Shown piece after piece: positions 25,615 to 38,880 of a stretch of 64,000 nt of DNA. Position numbers and translations under genes: made by a program. Each line of letters begins with the position of its first letter. Within the stretch, counting starts at the first letter, position 1. This DNA is from Octopus vulgaris (Eukaryota), in contig OX597817.1 of the NCBI GenBank assembly GCA_951406725.2, positions 150,970,001 through 151,034,000 on the forward strand, given 5' to 3'. A model generated the notes under the pieces. It saw only the letters and a list, made by a program, of their open reading frames with translations, had not been told where the DNA came from and ran no database searches.

Positions 25615-27735
25615 TTTCAGTCATTTGACTGTGGCCATGCCGGAGCACCACATCTAGTCAAAGAAATCAACCCCAGGACTTATTCATTGTAAGCCTAGTA
25701 CTTTATCGGTCTCTTTTGCCGAACCACTAAGTTACGGGGGATGTAAACGCAATACATGTATATGACAGGCTTCTTTCAGTTTCTGTCTACCACATCCACT
25801 CACAAGGCTTTGGTCAGCCTGAGACTATAGTAGAAGACACTTGCCCAAGGTGCCACACAGTGGAACTGAACCTGGAACCATGTGGTTGGTAAGCAAGATA
25901 CTTACTACACAGCCACTCCTTATAAGACTTCCTCAGCAAAGCAGACACTGTATGTAAAATTATTTTTAATTATTACTGCATTAAGTATGTTAAAAATAAT
26001 TCTTTTTTTACACGAGGACAACATTTGAATGAATCTCTTTGAATGATTTTTCTTTTTTTAATATATGCAAATTTTTCACACTTGCTCACGTACAACATTG
26101 TACTTCAACTCAGTGGTTCTCTTAACCTTCTTTGACAAGAACGATGAAGTCTGCTTTGCTGAGGAGGTCATAATATGACCAAAACACAGTGGAAGTTACC
26201 TCCCATACTTGCTGATATAATCCTAACTGCAACAGTCATTGAACTAAGACTGCCATTCCTCACTACATAATTATTTCTAATTTTCTCTCTACATTAAATA
26301 TATTAACACTAACCTAACCATTACTATTCATGCGAATGATGCTCATGACTATTTTCTTTCACTGGGTCTATTTTAGAATGTCAACGGTCAAAGTGAAACA
26401 GTAGCTACACAAGTAATTTCAATACAAAGATGTTGTGAATGTTATATAATGATTAATTTGGCTCATTTATTTATAGAGCAAATTGTTAATTAGACTTCAG
26501 CATAATGTTAATAAGTCATTTCTACATACGTAACGTATTTAAAGTTGCTATATAAAACACTTTACTTTCCCATAAAACTGATTTCTAGTCACTCAGTAAT
26601 ATTTTATTTCACAGGTTCATTTGAATGAAAAAAAAAAAAAAACATGCACACACACACACATGCCTTTTTAGCTTTTACTTGTTTCAGTTTTAGACTGTGG
26701 CCATGCTGGGGCATTGCTTTGAATATTTGTAGTCAAACAAATTGACCCCAGTACTTTTTTAAGCCTGATACTCTATTGATCTCTTTTGCCAAACCACTAG
26801 GTTATGGGGATGTAAACACACTAATACTGTTGCCAAGTGGTAGTAATGGAACAAAGATATTCACACACTCACACACACATATATAGGTGCAGCATGGCTG
26901 TGTGGTAAGAAACTTGCTTTCCAACCACATGGTTCCAGGTTCAGTCCCACTGTGTGGCACCTTGTGTAAAGTGCCTTCTATAGCCTCAGGCCAACCAAAG
27001 TCATGCGAGTAGATTTGGTAGATGGAAACTGAAAGAAGCCCTAGATGTATATATATATATTATATATGTGTGAGAGTGTATGAGAGTGTGCATGTGAGAG
27101 TGCACGCGTGAGTGTGTGTGTGTGAGTGTATGCGTGAGTCTATGTTTGTCCCTCCACCTTCACTTGACAGCCAATGTTGATGTTTAGATTCTCATAAGTT
27201 ACGGAGGACGTAAACACACCAGCATCAGTTGTCAAGCGATGTTGTTGGGACAAACACAGACACACAAACATATACATACTCAAACATATATATATGTATA
27301 CATATATACGATGGGCTTCTTCCAGTTTCCGTCTACCAAATCCACTCACAAGGCTTTGGTTGGCCCGAGGCTATAGTAGAAAACACTTGCCCAATGTGCT
27401 ACGCAGTGGGTCTGAACCCGGAACCATGTGGTTCATAAGCAAGCTACTTACCACACAGCCCTTCCTACACTTACGTGTGGCTTTATTATAAGAAGTTTGC
27501 TTCCCAACCACATGGTTCCAGTTTCGATCTCCCTGCGTGACATCTTTGGCTGCTCAAAGCATTGTCAGTGGATTTGGTAGATGGAAACTGAAAGAAGCCT
27601 GTCTTGTATATGTGTGTGTGTATGTGCGTGCAATGTTTGTATATGTCCCACCAGTGCCTGGTGCTGATGTGTTTATATCCCCAAAACTTAGCAGTTCAGC
27701 AAAAGAGACTGAGAGAATAAGTGGCAGGCTTTAAA
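25615..27735. mobile_element. Family-A SINE cluster (25615-25920 -, 26670-26880 -, 26888-27185 +, 27195-27470 -, 27475-27735 +)
   Basis: Similarity to family consensus; alternating orientation. Confidence 0.8.
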
Positions 27736-28240
27736 AAAAAAAAGTACTGGAGTAATTGTGTGAAACCAGGTGAAAGATTAAAGTGCTGGTGGTGGTGTCA
27801 CACAAAAAGCACCTACTCTGTGGTGGTGCCACATATAAAAAGCAGCCAGTACACTCCGTGAAGTAACTGGTGTTAAGAAGGGCATCCAGCTGTAGAAACC
27901 TAGTGCAGCCATTGGCCTTGCCAGCTCCTGTCCAGCCATCCAACACATGTCAGCATGGAAAACGAATGTTAAACAATGATGATCCAAAGAGGCAAAGGAG
28001 AGATTTGGTCTTTTAGTCTTTAGTGAAATTCACACTGTTGCTAGTGTTCAGACAAGGCTTCCAGTTTGAGGGTAACTTCTAACTAGTTCCAGAGACCGTG
28101 AAAAAAAAAAAAAAAAAAAAATACAGGGTCCTTGGCACTACCTTTCTTTGAAGAAAGTTTGATGAGTTGTCCACAAGGCTGTAGCTTTCATGGATATGAA
28201 ACCATTGGTTACTATGACCAGACGTAAACTTTATGTTTAA

Positions 28241-28586
28241 CTAGCTGGCCCCGTGCTGTCAAAAATAACAGCTAATTGTAGTATTTTATATATAAATAAG
28301 GTACAATATAAGGTACATAATAATCACACATAAAAACATCCACACACTTCCCCTGCACATGCACACACATATACTCACACAGAGTTGAAATGTTGTTTGA
28401 TTTTTCTTTTCAGTGTTGAAATGTTCACCACCCCACTTCCATTACACACACACACACAGTTGAAACACTGATTTTTTTTTTCATCATAGACTGTCCATCA
28501 TCCCTCTACAAATTTTTGTCATCACCCCTTCCTTTCTCATTCATATGTTGTGATATAGAAAAACACAAGAGTATTATTATAGTAGA
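28241..28586 (-). mobile_element. Non-autonomous Helitron-like element
   Basis: TC...hairpin (GCTGT/ACAGC)...CTAG termini in an A|T target. Confidence 0.55.
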
Positions 28587-29023
28587 TATTTACTGCTCTA
28601 TTCTTTAGAGTGTGCTGATACATGTTATATTGACAATCAATTTATATATATATATGTAAAGAATATGAAGTGTGTATATTTGTGCATATGTCTGTGAATA
28701 TATTTATATTAAGGTAACAATGATGATGATGATTAAGGCATCAAATTGGTGGAATTGTCAGTGTTGGAAAAAATGTTTTTAGCATTTCTTCTCACTTTAC
28801 ATTCGGAGTTCAAATCCCAACTCCCTCTGAGGTCATCTTTTCCTCCTCCAGGGGTTGATAGAATAAAGTATTGACTAAGCCCTTTTTTCAAAAGTTGCAG
28901 ACTTTGTGCTTGAATTAGAAACCCTATTTTTATTTCTGATACCAACCCAGGCCGTGTCAGCATGGACAGCAGATGTAAAATGATGAGGGTAATGGTAATA
29001 AACTGGATAATTTTAATACATAC

Positions 29024-29138
29024 TACTTGAAAAACCTATTGTTGACAAACATGAGATGTGACCAGACCCAAAGAGCTTTGAAGGACAATATAAAATAAAT
29101 GAAAATACGAAAATGATTATATTCAGATAATCTACTGT
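29024..29138 (-). other. Candidate 115-nt exon of the minus-strand gene
   Basis: Strong acceptor (ttctttaactgtttctctttacag) and GTATGT donor; contains an ATG reading MFVNNRFFK; no recognisable homology. Confidence 0.25.
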
Positions 29139-32040
29139 CTGTAAAGAGAAACAGTTAAAGAATTACACAAAACAAAGAACTGAGAACAAAGCAAAAACTA
29201 AAGTACAATAACAATTGATAGTATAGCTACTAGTAATTATTATTTGTAGAATGTGTTTGGTTGGTTGAGAGAATAGAGACACCAATAAACTAGTTGAAAA
29301 GTCAAAGGTTGTGTTGCTGAAATTGGTTAGTTCCACAATCTATGCTGGTGTTTTTTTTTTTTACCATAAGTTAGAGCAGCACCACAGAAATGTGTTTTGT
29401 TATTGTTTAGCTCCAGATCAACCCTGAGAGAGCAGATTTATAATCAAAGTGGTTGGGTTCCAGCCATGACCTTCCAAATTTATTTTCAGACAACATATTC
29501 AGAACAACATAACCCAATATGCACTTCTTTATTTTTACTGAAATAGTAAAGTGTGGTATGGGAATTTGGCAGCTATTTCTAGCATGTCAACTGACCACAT
29601 TGTTGGACAACAAGATGAATATAAGGGAGATGTTCTCAATGTTTTGTGACTTATGGTCTCCTTTTACTAAATGGCCTTTTACAAGTCAACCACTTTGCAT
29701 GGTTTTGAAGGAAAAAAAAATCTAACATTAACTTTGTGCAGTGGTTTATTATCCAAATTTAAACCATGTCATCTGGCTTGTCCCCCTGTCTACATATTTG
29801 CATGGACTACAATATTAAATTTTATGGAAATTTTTGAAGAACTTGGTGGTATTCCAAGATCCTTTGTGCATCATCAGTCATGTTTCTCATCACAGATAAC
29901 ACAATGTCCAACTCACATTCTAAGCCTGATAGATTATTTTTCTTTTTTGAAATGTGTTCCTGTTGCCAAACCTCACCTGTTTCCAAGTAAGGTAAATATT
30001 TCCCTACGTATGGCCAGTCATGTTTTAATGGACATTGCTTGTATGATGGTGATGTTTGTCTATAACTCTCGTGTATTGTCAAGACAAAGAGAAAAGCATA
30101 CAGAACATGCTGAAAAATGGTTGGCATTAGGAAAGGCACCTAGCCATAGAAACCATGTCAAAGCAGATACTGGAGTAGGATGCAGTCTTTGGGCTGCATT
30201 CCATTTTCTATCAGCCAGAAGATATAGAAGCGGCGAGCTGGCAGAAACGTTAGCACGCCAGACGAAATGCTTAGCGGCATTTTGTCTGCCGCTACGTTCT
30301 GAGTTCAAATTCCACCAAGGTCGACTTTGCCTTTCATCCTTTCGGGGGTCGATTAAATAAGTACCAGTTACGCACTGGGGATCAATATAATCAACTTAAT
30401 CCATTTGCCTGTCCTTGTTTGTCCCCTCTGTGTTTAGCCCTTTGTGGGCAATAAAGAAATAAGATATAGAAGATACTTGCCCAAAGACTGAACCCATGAC
30501 CACGTGGTTAGGAATTGAACTTCTTAATCACATGGTTAACTGTGCCTCTCGTTCTCTCTCACACACACAATATCAACTTGAAAAAAAAAAAAAATGATAC
30601 ACAGGATCAGGGGGTTCTCAACCATTTTTTACCTGTGGGCCCCTTTGATTCCCATTTTACTTTGGTGCCCCCCCCATAGACATTCGATGTTTAAACAAAT
30701 CCAATAGTATTTTTATAATTAAATATTTTTTTTCTATTTATGCACCCTTTTCAAGCCTAGCCAGGCTTGGTTTCCAGTTTCTGTGGCCTATGTTTTCCCC
30801 CCAGTAGGACAGGACATCAGTCCATCGCAGCAAATATTGTTAGGACTTGTATAAAAACTGTTAAGAAGTATAAGCAATTTATAGCACATAAGCTTTATTG
30901 GTTTCAGGGGCACAATCTTTTCATGGCCCCTGAAAAATTACTGGGGACCCTAATTTACTATATTGCATCTGTGGACCCCAAAATTCTTACATGGACTCCG
31001 GTTGAGAACTCCAGCATTAAATAATGTAATCTAGTGTATAGATGATACCTGGTCATTGTTGGAATAGTTTTGATCATATAACTACTTGAATCAGGATTGA
31101 TGCTGGGTTAAACAACAATAGGACATTATCTACAACCTACTTCAAAGTTGTGTGGAGGACGCAACTCAGGAATGCAGCCGGCAATAAAATACATTATCAT
31201 CTCTTGCAGCTAACTAATGTTGAAAAACTTTCTCACATATATTTGTAAAAAAAATCAATGTAAAAATCTCATTGAAGAAAATAAATGTGTTGCTCAGAAA
31301 TAATGTTTGACAAAGAAATTTTCTATAAAAACACGTGTTTCTGAATATCAACGCAAATAAAGTGACAGAACAATTTACTGTAATGAGACAATGAGGGAAC
31401 TGCTATGTGGTTGCTTGACATGTTAGAAATAGCATCAAAATCTTCCTTAGCTTCTAAATAAAGAATACATTGAACAATGTACTCTGATACACATTTACAT
31501 TGAATTACATGGTTGGAGTGTCTGGTGGCAATAGGTCTATCCTAAGGCGGCGAGCTGGCAGAATTGTTAGCACGCCGGGCGAAATGCTTAGCAGTATTTC
31601 GTCTGCCGCTGCATTCTGAGTTCAAATTCTGCCGAGGTCTACTTTGCCTTTCATCCTTTTGGGGTCGATTCAGTAAGTACCAGTTACGCACTGGGGTCGA
31701 TATAATCGACTTAATACGTTTGTCTGTCTTTGCTTGTCGCCTCTATGTTTAGCACCTTGTGGGTAGTAAAGAAATAGGCAATGGGTCTATTCAATCAGAC
31801 ATCAAAGTATACAACAATAACAATTTAATATAATAAAAATCTGTATCATCATCATCTCCACTTTCTGAAGCTTGCATGGATCAAACAAAATTTGTTGAGG
31901 TAGAGTTTGTATTTTTACAGCTGGATGCCCTTCTTGTTGGCAAAACCTCACTCATTTCCAAGCAAGAAAGTATTTTCCTAATGAGTGGGCAGGTTTTCAT
32001 AGAAGACTGGAAATGAGGAACACTAGTTGTATGATAGTAA

Positions 32041-32275
32041 CTATTTCTTTACTACCCACAAGGGGCTAAACACAGAGGGGACAAACAAGGACATACAAAT
32101 GGATTAAGTCGATTATATCGACCCCAGTGCGTAACTGGTACTTATTTAATCGACCCCGAAAGGATGAAAGGCAAAGTCGACCTCAGCAGAATTTGAACTC
32201 AGAATGTAACGGCAGATGAAATACCGCTAAGCATTTCGCCTGGTGTGCTAACGTTTCTGCCAGCTCGCCGCTTTT
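32041..32275 (-). mobile_element. SINE family B (tRNA-like head, Nin/Deu-like core gcctttcatcctttcggggtcgat...aagtaccag)
   Basis: Full ~235-bp copy with 20-bp TSD CACTAGTTGTATGATAGTAA (32021-32040 / from 32276); other copies at 1655-1862, 16139-16370, 30228-30460, 31544-31776 and 54730-54949, several with 12-16 bp TSDs. Confidence 0.88.
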
Positions 32276-32552
32276 CACTAGTTGTATGATAGTAACACTC
32301 ATTGACAACTATCCTGAGATGTGAAGACAAGGAGGCACATATACTGTATAGATTAGTGGTTCTCAACCGTTTTTTGCCTATAGATACCTTTGATTTCTTT
32401 TTTATTCTACTGGACTGCCATAACCATTCAATGTATGTATAAAAAAATCCTACTGTATTTTTATAATTAGGTATTGGAAATTGTATTAAAAGATTTTAAT
32501 ATTTTGAGTATTGTAGAAGTATAACTGACTTCTTACAATTAAATAATAATAA

Positions 32553-32890
32553 TGATGACCCCCTTCGGTCAGACACTGACCATGGGTTTGCACCTAGAGA
32601 GTTACCCTCTGAGGCACAAGTCTGGGCAAGGTTGTTTTATGGAAGACCAGCAGTCGCCCATGCATACCGGTCTCCCCTCTCCACGTCACCGATGCTGTCC
32701 AAGGGAAAGGCAAGGGCTGATACAACTTGGCACCTGTGACGTCGCTACTCATTTCTACAGCTGAGTGAACTGGAGCAACGTGAAATAAAGTGTTTTGCTC
32801 AAGAACACAACACGCAGCCCGGTCTGGGATTCGAGCTCACAACCTCACGATTGTAAGCTCGACGCTCTAACCACCGAGTCACGCACCTTC
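32553..32890 (-). mobile_element. SINE family E (tRNA-like head, Meta-like core cttgagcaa..cactttatttcac) with tail Z
   Basis: Second copy at 4853-5163 (+); (TTA)n tail; a head-E/tail-X hybrid at 17703-18006 (-). Confidence 0.8.
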
Positions 32891-35800
32891 AATAATAATA
32901 ATAATAATGAAATTATTGTATACAGTGCTCAGGTGCACAACAAATCTTAAACAAAATCTTAAATGGTCCACCAAGGGCCATATGGACCCTGGTTGAGAAC
33001 CACCAATATAGATGGATTTCTTTCAGTTTCCATCTATTAAATTCACTCACAAGGCTCTGGGTTAGCTCAGGATTATACTAGAAGATATTTGCCTTAGGTG
33101 CAAAACAGTGAGACCGAACTCCAGGCCATGTGGCTGGCAAGCAAACTGCGTAACCCAATCTCCATGCCTGTGGTATCATTACAGCAATTCAGTTCTTGCC
33201 ATGCAAACACATTCCCAGAAGACCTGCAAAAACCATAAGCACAGTAATTGCTGAGACATAAAAATTTAGGGTATGTTTAGTAGTGAGCTAAGGTATTAGA
33301 ATCAGGACTTGTCACCACTTAGAGAAATGTCCAGCTTAAGTGCACCAAAAGAGCTGAAGTTGTTTGTTTAACCCCGAAGCCTGCTCTTATTGAACAGGCC
33401 TTCCAGCCATGACCATCTTGTCTATTTTTCACAGGCACAGTGTACCACAGACTACGTCATCCAATATGAATATGTACTTTTTCTTTTAAGAGGATGTGAT
33501 TTCAGGGTGATTTGGTTGCTATTTCTAACAGGTTGAGCAACCCTGTAGAAGTCCCCTTGTTGGCTACAAGTTGTTTACCTAGAGTCATCCCCAACTGAAT
33601 ATACTTATGAGCTGTGGCCATCCATCTCTATCCCACAAAGTAATTTCTTTGGTGTCCCATGAGCTGTAGATTATATAGCATCTTTATACAAGAGGTTTTA
33701 TTCTATTATAACCAGCCATTTAATCATATGACTAGTGACTGAGACCTTTGGCGATGTGCTGTGCTTGAGAGGACCCGTCAAGCCAAGTGCACCCGTGCTG
33801 GTGTCATGTAAGGAACACCTTTCAAGCATTGGGCCTCTTGGAGGCAAAGTGGCTGAGTTCCTTTTGAGTGTTGGGCCTCACAGAGGCAATGACCAAAACT
33901 TTTAGCATTATGTCATGCTTGAGAAGAAGACCCATCGAGCCAAGTGAAATCACAGTCATGGCAGATACCAGTGTCATGCAAATGGCACCTGTGCCAGTGA
34001 CACATAGAAGCACCCATTACACTCTTGGAGTGGTTGGCGTTAGAAAGGGCATCCAGCTGTAGAAAACCATGCCACATCAGACTGGAGTATGGTGCAGCCT
34101 TCCAGTGTGCCAGCCCAGTCAAACTATCCAACCCATGCCAGCATGAACAACAGGCACTAAATGATGATGAAAAATTACCCCTTGAATTTCAAGGAACTTG
34201 CATATCCAATCCTTGGTTCTGCTATTAGTTCATAATATTTGGGTCCAGTGTTATTGATAGTTTCATAGGATACTAGTATTTCATGCTAGTATCACTATAT
34301 TATGGTTCCATAATATTTAGTTGTGGTTTTACATGGTTTTAAGAGCCATTTTTAGTTCAAAGTATAAAGGATCATTGTTTAGTCCTAGTGTCTTATTAGA
34401 TAAATGGGAAATAAAGCCATTGCGTCAAAAGATGTTAAGGTGTTACATAGGACATCTATACTAATGGAATAAACCAATTGAGTGTGGCTGTCTGGATGTT
34501 GAATTGGCATAGCACTCTGGACATTCAGCCCGTTTTGGTGTTTTGGTACTGGAGGAAAATACTAATGTGCATTTAGAAATATACAGATAAAAAGAACAGG
34601 GTTGATTTAAATACTCCCTTTTTTCATACACATAAAGAGAAGTATGCCCATACACATAGTGAGAGAGAGAGAAGGAAGGAAAGAACAGATGAACATTAAA
34701 ACATCATTAAAAATAAGTCAGTGTCGAATCAGTGACGCCAAATAGGCTGGGCCAGAACGTCTCATTCCCATCAACAAAACCATATCACTTGTACCATCAT
34801 TTAAACACAGAAGTGGAAGCCTGTATCAGTCTGATAGGATAATTTTCTCTCTCAAATGACATACACCCAATTCAATACCTGAAGTGGGGACTGAACCAAT
34901 CAGATGGTTTGCGTAAAATTTCCTTTTCTAAAATCAGGCTTCTATCTGGTTAAAATTCCTTATTTTAATTTCTTCCCATTAATACCACTAGATTTTTTTT
35001 TAAGTCTCTGGAAACTTTGATAAAACCATAATAAAACTAGATAAAAAAAACCCTAAACTATCCTAAGGAACAATCAGATTTCATGTAAAAGAGCCCCCAC
35101 ATTTTTTTGCTTTAAGCTTTTTAAAAATTTATATCACTAAGGATAGGAATAAAAATCTTGCAACAAAAACGACAGTCCAAGCATTTGTACATATTACACT
35201 GTACTAGGATCATGACTAACTCTATATTGTTAGCTCACTGTTCGATGGACTTGCTGGAAAAAGTAGCCAAATCTCCCTCAAATTATACCCTACCAACTGG
35301 TAAAAAGGCTGTGGTTCTAAATTCGCAATATGCGAGAGAGAGGGACGGGACGGTCATAACTGGAAAGCCTTAGGTCATGGGTTTGTTCAGTCTGCACTAG
35401 GCAGTATTATAGGCATTACACTATTCTGGGAGTAATTCTATTATTTTTCTCAGCCTGTCAACCAGTGTAAAAAGGTATTCTCTAACCGACCTGTTCAACC
35501 TGAGAGAGAGATAGAGAGAGAGAGACAGAGGGAGAGAGAGAGCAAGCAACACTCCAGTAGGTCTTCAATACTGCACTTCTTATTCTTTCTGAAATCTCTC
35601 TCTGCATCTCTGCAACATATTTCCTATTATAACTTTAATATCTGGTAGTGCATAACGAGACCATTTTGGATGCTGATATCATTTTAAGACAATATCGTTA
35701 ATATTAAACAGAAGAATTCAGTGAAAAATCATCAATTCAGCTGCCCAGTTTTTCAGCTGCGTGTTCCCCCCCCCTTCATATAGTTGAATTAACGCAAATG

Positions 35801-35912
35801 CATTTGTTTTAGAAATCAATTTAGCAGTACAGAAACATGTTACCTATAATATATGGAGACAATGTTTTTCAAATAAATTTAGTAAATGAAAGAAGGTAAT
35901 TAATATACTTAC

Positions 35913-35935
35913 TGCTACTTAGCAGCGAGTGTCAA
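35913..35935 (-). other. Candidate 23-nt micro-exon (non-coding)
   Basis: T-rich tract...tttag|TTGACACTCGCTGCTAAGTAGCA|gtaagt; stops in all three frames. Confidence 0.45.
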
Positions 35936-36590
35936 CTAAAAAAAAAAATAATAATAAAAACAAAAATAGAAGCAAAAGGCGTTTGAGCAAAGCTCCTCCC
36001 CCGCCGACCCGTCAATTAACTTCAAGTTATCGTTGAGTTGGCTTTATCTGCAGATGGAATCCAGCATCTCATTCAACTCGGCTCTGCTGACCAAAGAAAA
36101 TATTGTTGCTAGCGTAGAAAGAAAGTCACAGGATTTAAGTTACATAATTTTCAACCAATCCAACCAATGAAAAATAAAAATAAAATATGAGAATAATTAC
36201 AAGTTGTCAGAGCGCACACAAACACATTCAACATAAACTATATAAATAAATACAACACTTAATTACCGAGAGATGTGGTGAAATAAAATGTTTTTTTGTT
36301 GTTGCAGTCTGTCCGCAATATGATTTCTTTCGGCTAGCTAAAATAACCAATATTTATAGATCTGGTGTATCCGATTAAACGGACGCAATATAACACTGGT
36401 ACTTAATCTCATCGATTCCTGTAGGGATGAACGACAAAGTCTATCATAAACTCAAACTACTACTACTACTATTGTTATTACAGTGAAAGCTTTTATTGGA
36501 CGTCTGGCCGGCATATAGCAATTGTATTGCTAATTATTTATGAAGATTAGGGAATGTAGAACTTGTGACGGTGCGTGTATGCGTGCGTGC

Positions 36591-36644
<54 letters not shown>

Positions 36645-37559
36645 TATAGATATGTGTGTGTTAGATAAGCAACGTATAATAATCGACATAAACTATGCAA
36701 AAAAAACAAACAAAAAAATCATAGGTATATATTCTGTCGCTTAATATTTCTTCATAAAAAATATCTTTTTTTTTAAAAAAAAAGAACGTTTAAAAACCCA
36801 ACCCATTAAATTACTGAAATATTTGTCATTCAAGATAACAAAAAGAAAATTAATTAAATGTCCCGTTTTTTAGAACAGGTTGTGAGCAAGACCCCTCTTG
36901 CCCTCAGTAACAACACACCAGGTTACTGTCACCTGTTCAGTAATTACGCACAGTTATTACTGTTCTTTTGTTTTTCTTGGATGATACAGCATGGTGACTT
37001 TAAAAAAATTTTAAATTAACAAAAACAAAAATAAACAAACTTCTGGTTTATATTCAAGTTCAATTTTGTTTTGAAAGCTTACAATTGCGAACCGTACTTC
37101 ACGATAGGAAGCTTTTAAAACTGAATTGGATATATTTACACAGTAAAAGAAACCTGCATTACCAAATTGATTTTCTTCGAGGAAGTTAAGGGTTGTTAAG
37201 TAACTATTCTTTGTTATGTGAATATTCTTAGAGTCCGTATGATGGAGTAGTGTGAAGGTAGCAGCAGAAAGGAGGAACATTCAAAAACAAATAAATAAAG
37301 ATTTGTTTAAATATACAAATGTTCAGATAGCAACAGCAATATTAACAAAAAAGGGGCGCTAGGTACATATTTTAGAAGTCCAGTAGTTTCTTCTGCTTCA
37401 CCAGGTATTGGCAAATTTACTAATATAGTCTTTAGTTACGAGCGAAGGGCCTAAAATGACTAAAATGTGATTATTATAATTGAGTTTAGCAATACCATTT
37501 AAAATATGTATTCCATTTCACAATCCTGAGAGTGAAGACAGTGCGAATGAAAGAAAGAA

Positions 37560-38845
37560 TGTGACTTACCTTTCACCAACAAACAAAATCTGTTGCTAAT
37601 GGTCCCCAAACATAGTAAATTCTGTTGTCAATCGTCCTTTTTTCCTCTCCTACGCTTTCAGTACTTAGCGTGCCTCACGGCACACATGCATGTATTTCGC
37701 AAGTCGGGTGGGTCCCTTTCTTTACACGTAAATTTACAAAGAAATATATGAGTATAATGTGTGTTTTGTGTGTATAATCCTAGATTAATTTCATTATGTA
37801 TGAACATTTACACGTTCACTTTTTGCGATGCATTCGAATAAATCGTTAACCAAAGTTGCGAAAGAACACGTAATCAGAGAATGGAGGGAAGTAGCCGACG
37901 AGGAAATTCACGCAGTTCCTGAAGAACAACGGCGAGAAGTCGAAGACTACTGAAGTCATAATTATCCCCTTCCACTACAACTATGTATTTCTTTGCCTTC
38001 GTTTACCCCCACCACTTTCATATACACAATCATTCTATGTTAGAGTGACATCCATGAAAATAGACTGAACGAACGAAGAAAGAGAAGCCAAGAATTAGAG
38101 GAAGGGAGTGATAGAAGAAACCATAAACTTTATATAAAGGGGAGTCAGTAGTAAACAATGTCACAAACCCCAACTTCAATTTGTGCACAAAATTGAGGAT
38201 CTAATCCAAACCACACGAAAGAAAATCGATTAAGTTTCTTCAGTTATTTTACTTTATTGATAGTTTGGTAATTATATAATTATATTCAATATAATCAAAA
38301 ATCTTATTTTTATTTGATTTTTTTTAATGGTTATCTTCCAGTCACGACTTACAATGAAGTGCTAAATGCAACAAAAGGACTTATTTTCCACGCTAACAAG
38401 GGAGTCTCTACGCGGTCCTAAGACCTGCAAAAACAAAATAGCAGCCGAATCTGCCTTAACTCTCAGTCTATCGTGTTATATACGTACAAGACACAAGATA
38501 ATGTAAGTCTTAAACATCTCTAAGAAGACGGGATGTTCGATCAATGTTATCTATTATTACACACCATACATTCTAAATTTAAAAACGTATCGACTTAGGG
38601 TTTCCGAACACAGTTATAAAAATACACTGCCACCCCTCTGAATTAAAATGGTATCGTCGTACTATTTCTCCGATCCCAACGTGTTAGTTGTTCTGCCACA
38701 GTGAGATAGCAGCAGCAATCACTTCCTAGAGGAAGTCTTTCCCAATATCTCACATTTAGTCAACATAGCTCACACTTGAAGCCATCTCTGTTGCCATTTA
38801 GAAGTAGACTTTAGAATCGTTGACTAAATACTACACATATTTACA
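37560..38845. promoter_or_regulatory. Putative bidirectional promoter region
   Basis: SINE-free; CpG visibly retained versus flanks; inverted ETS-type sites ACTTCC-taga-GGAAGT at 38721-38736; YY1-like GCCAT motifs near 38781-38797; divergent strong donors at 38881 (+) and 37569 (-). Confidence 0.6.
37570..37700 (-). other. Candidate non-coding first exon of a divergent minus-strand gene
   Basis: Consensus AAAG|GTAAGT donor at 37570/37569; every ATG in this stretch hits a stop; 5' boundary uncertain. Confidence 0.5.
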
Positions 38846-38880
38846 ATGGAGTCTCAGATGAACAAGGTACTTACAGAAGT
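38846..38880 (+). CDS. LAMTOR5: LAMTOR5 coding exon 1 (MESQMNKVLTEV)
   Basis: ACAATGG Kozak context; 35 nt ending in phase 2 before GTAAGT donor; joins exon 2 in frame; resembles the LAMTOR5 N-terminal helix (human MEATLEQHLEDT). Confidence 0.88.

Noticed and set aside
29671-30360. 229-aa ORF
   Set aside because: Runs through family-C-like and family-B repeat sequence; no recognisable domain
37011-37280. 89-aa minus-strand ORF near the promoter with a possible GTTTGT donor
   Set aside because: No recognisable homology and a weak donor; cannot be supported without transcripts
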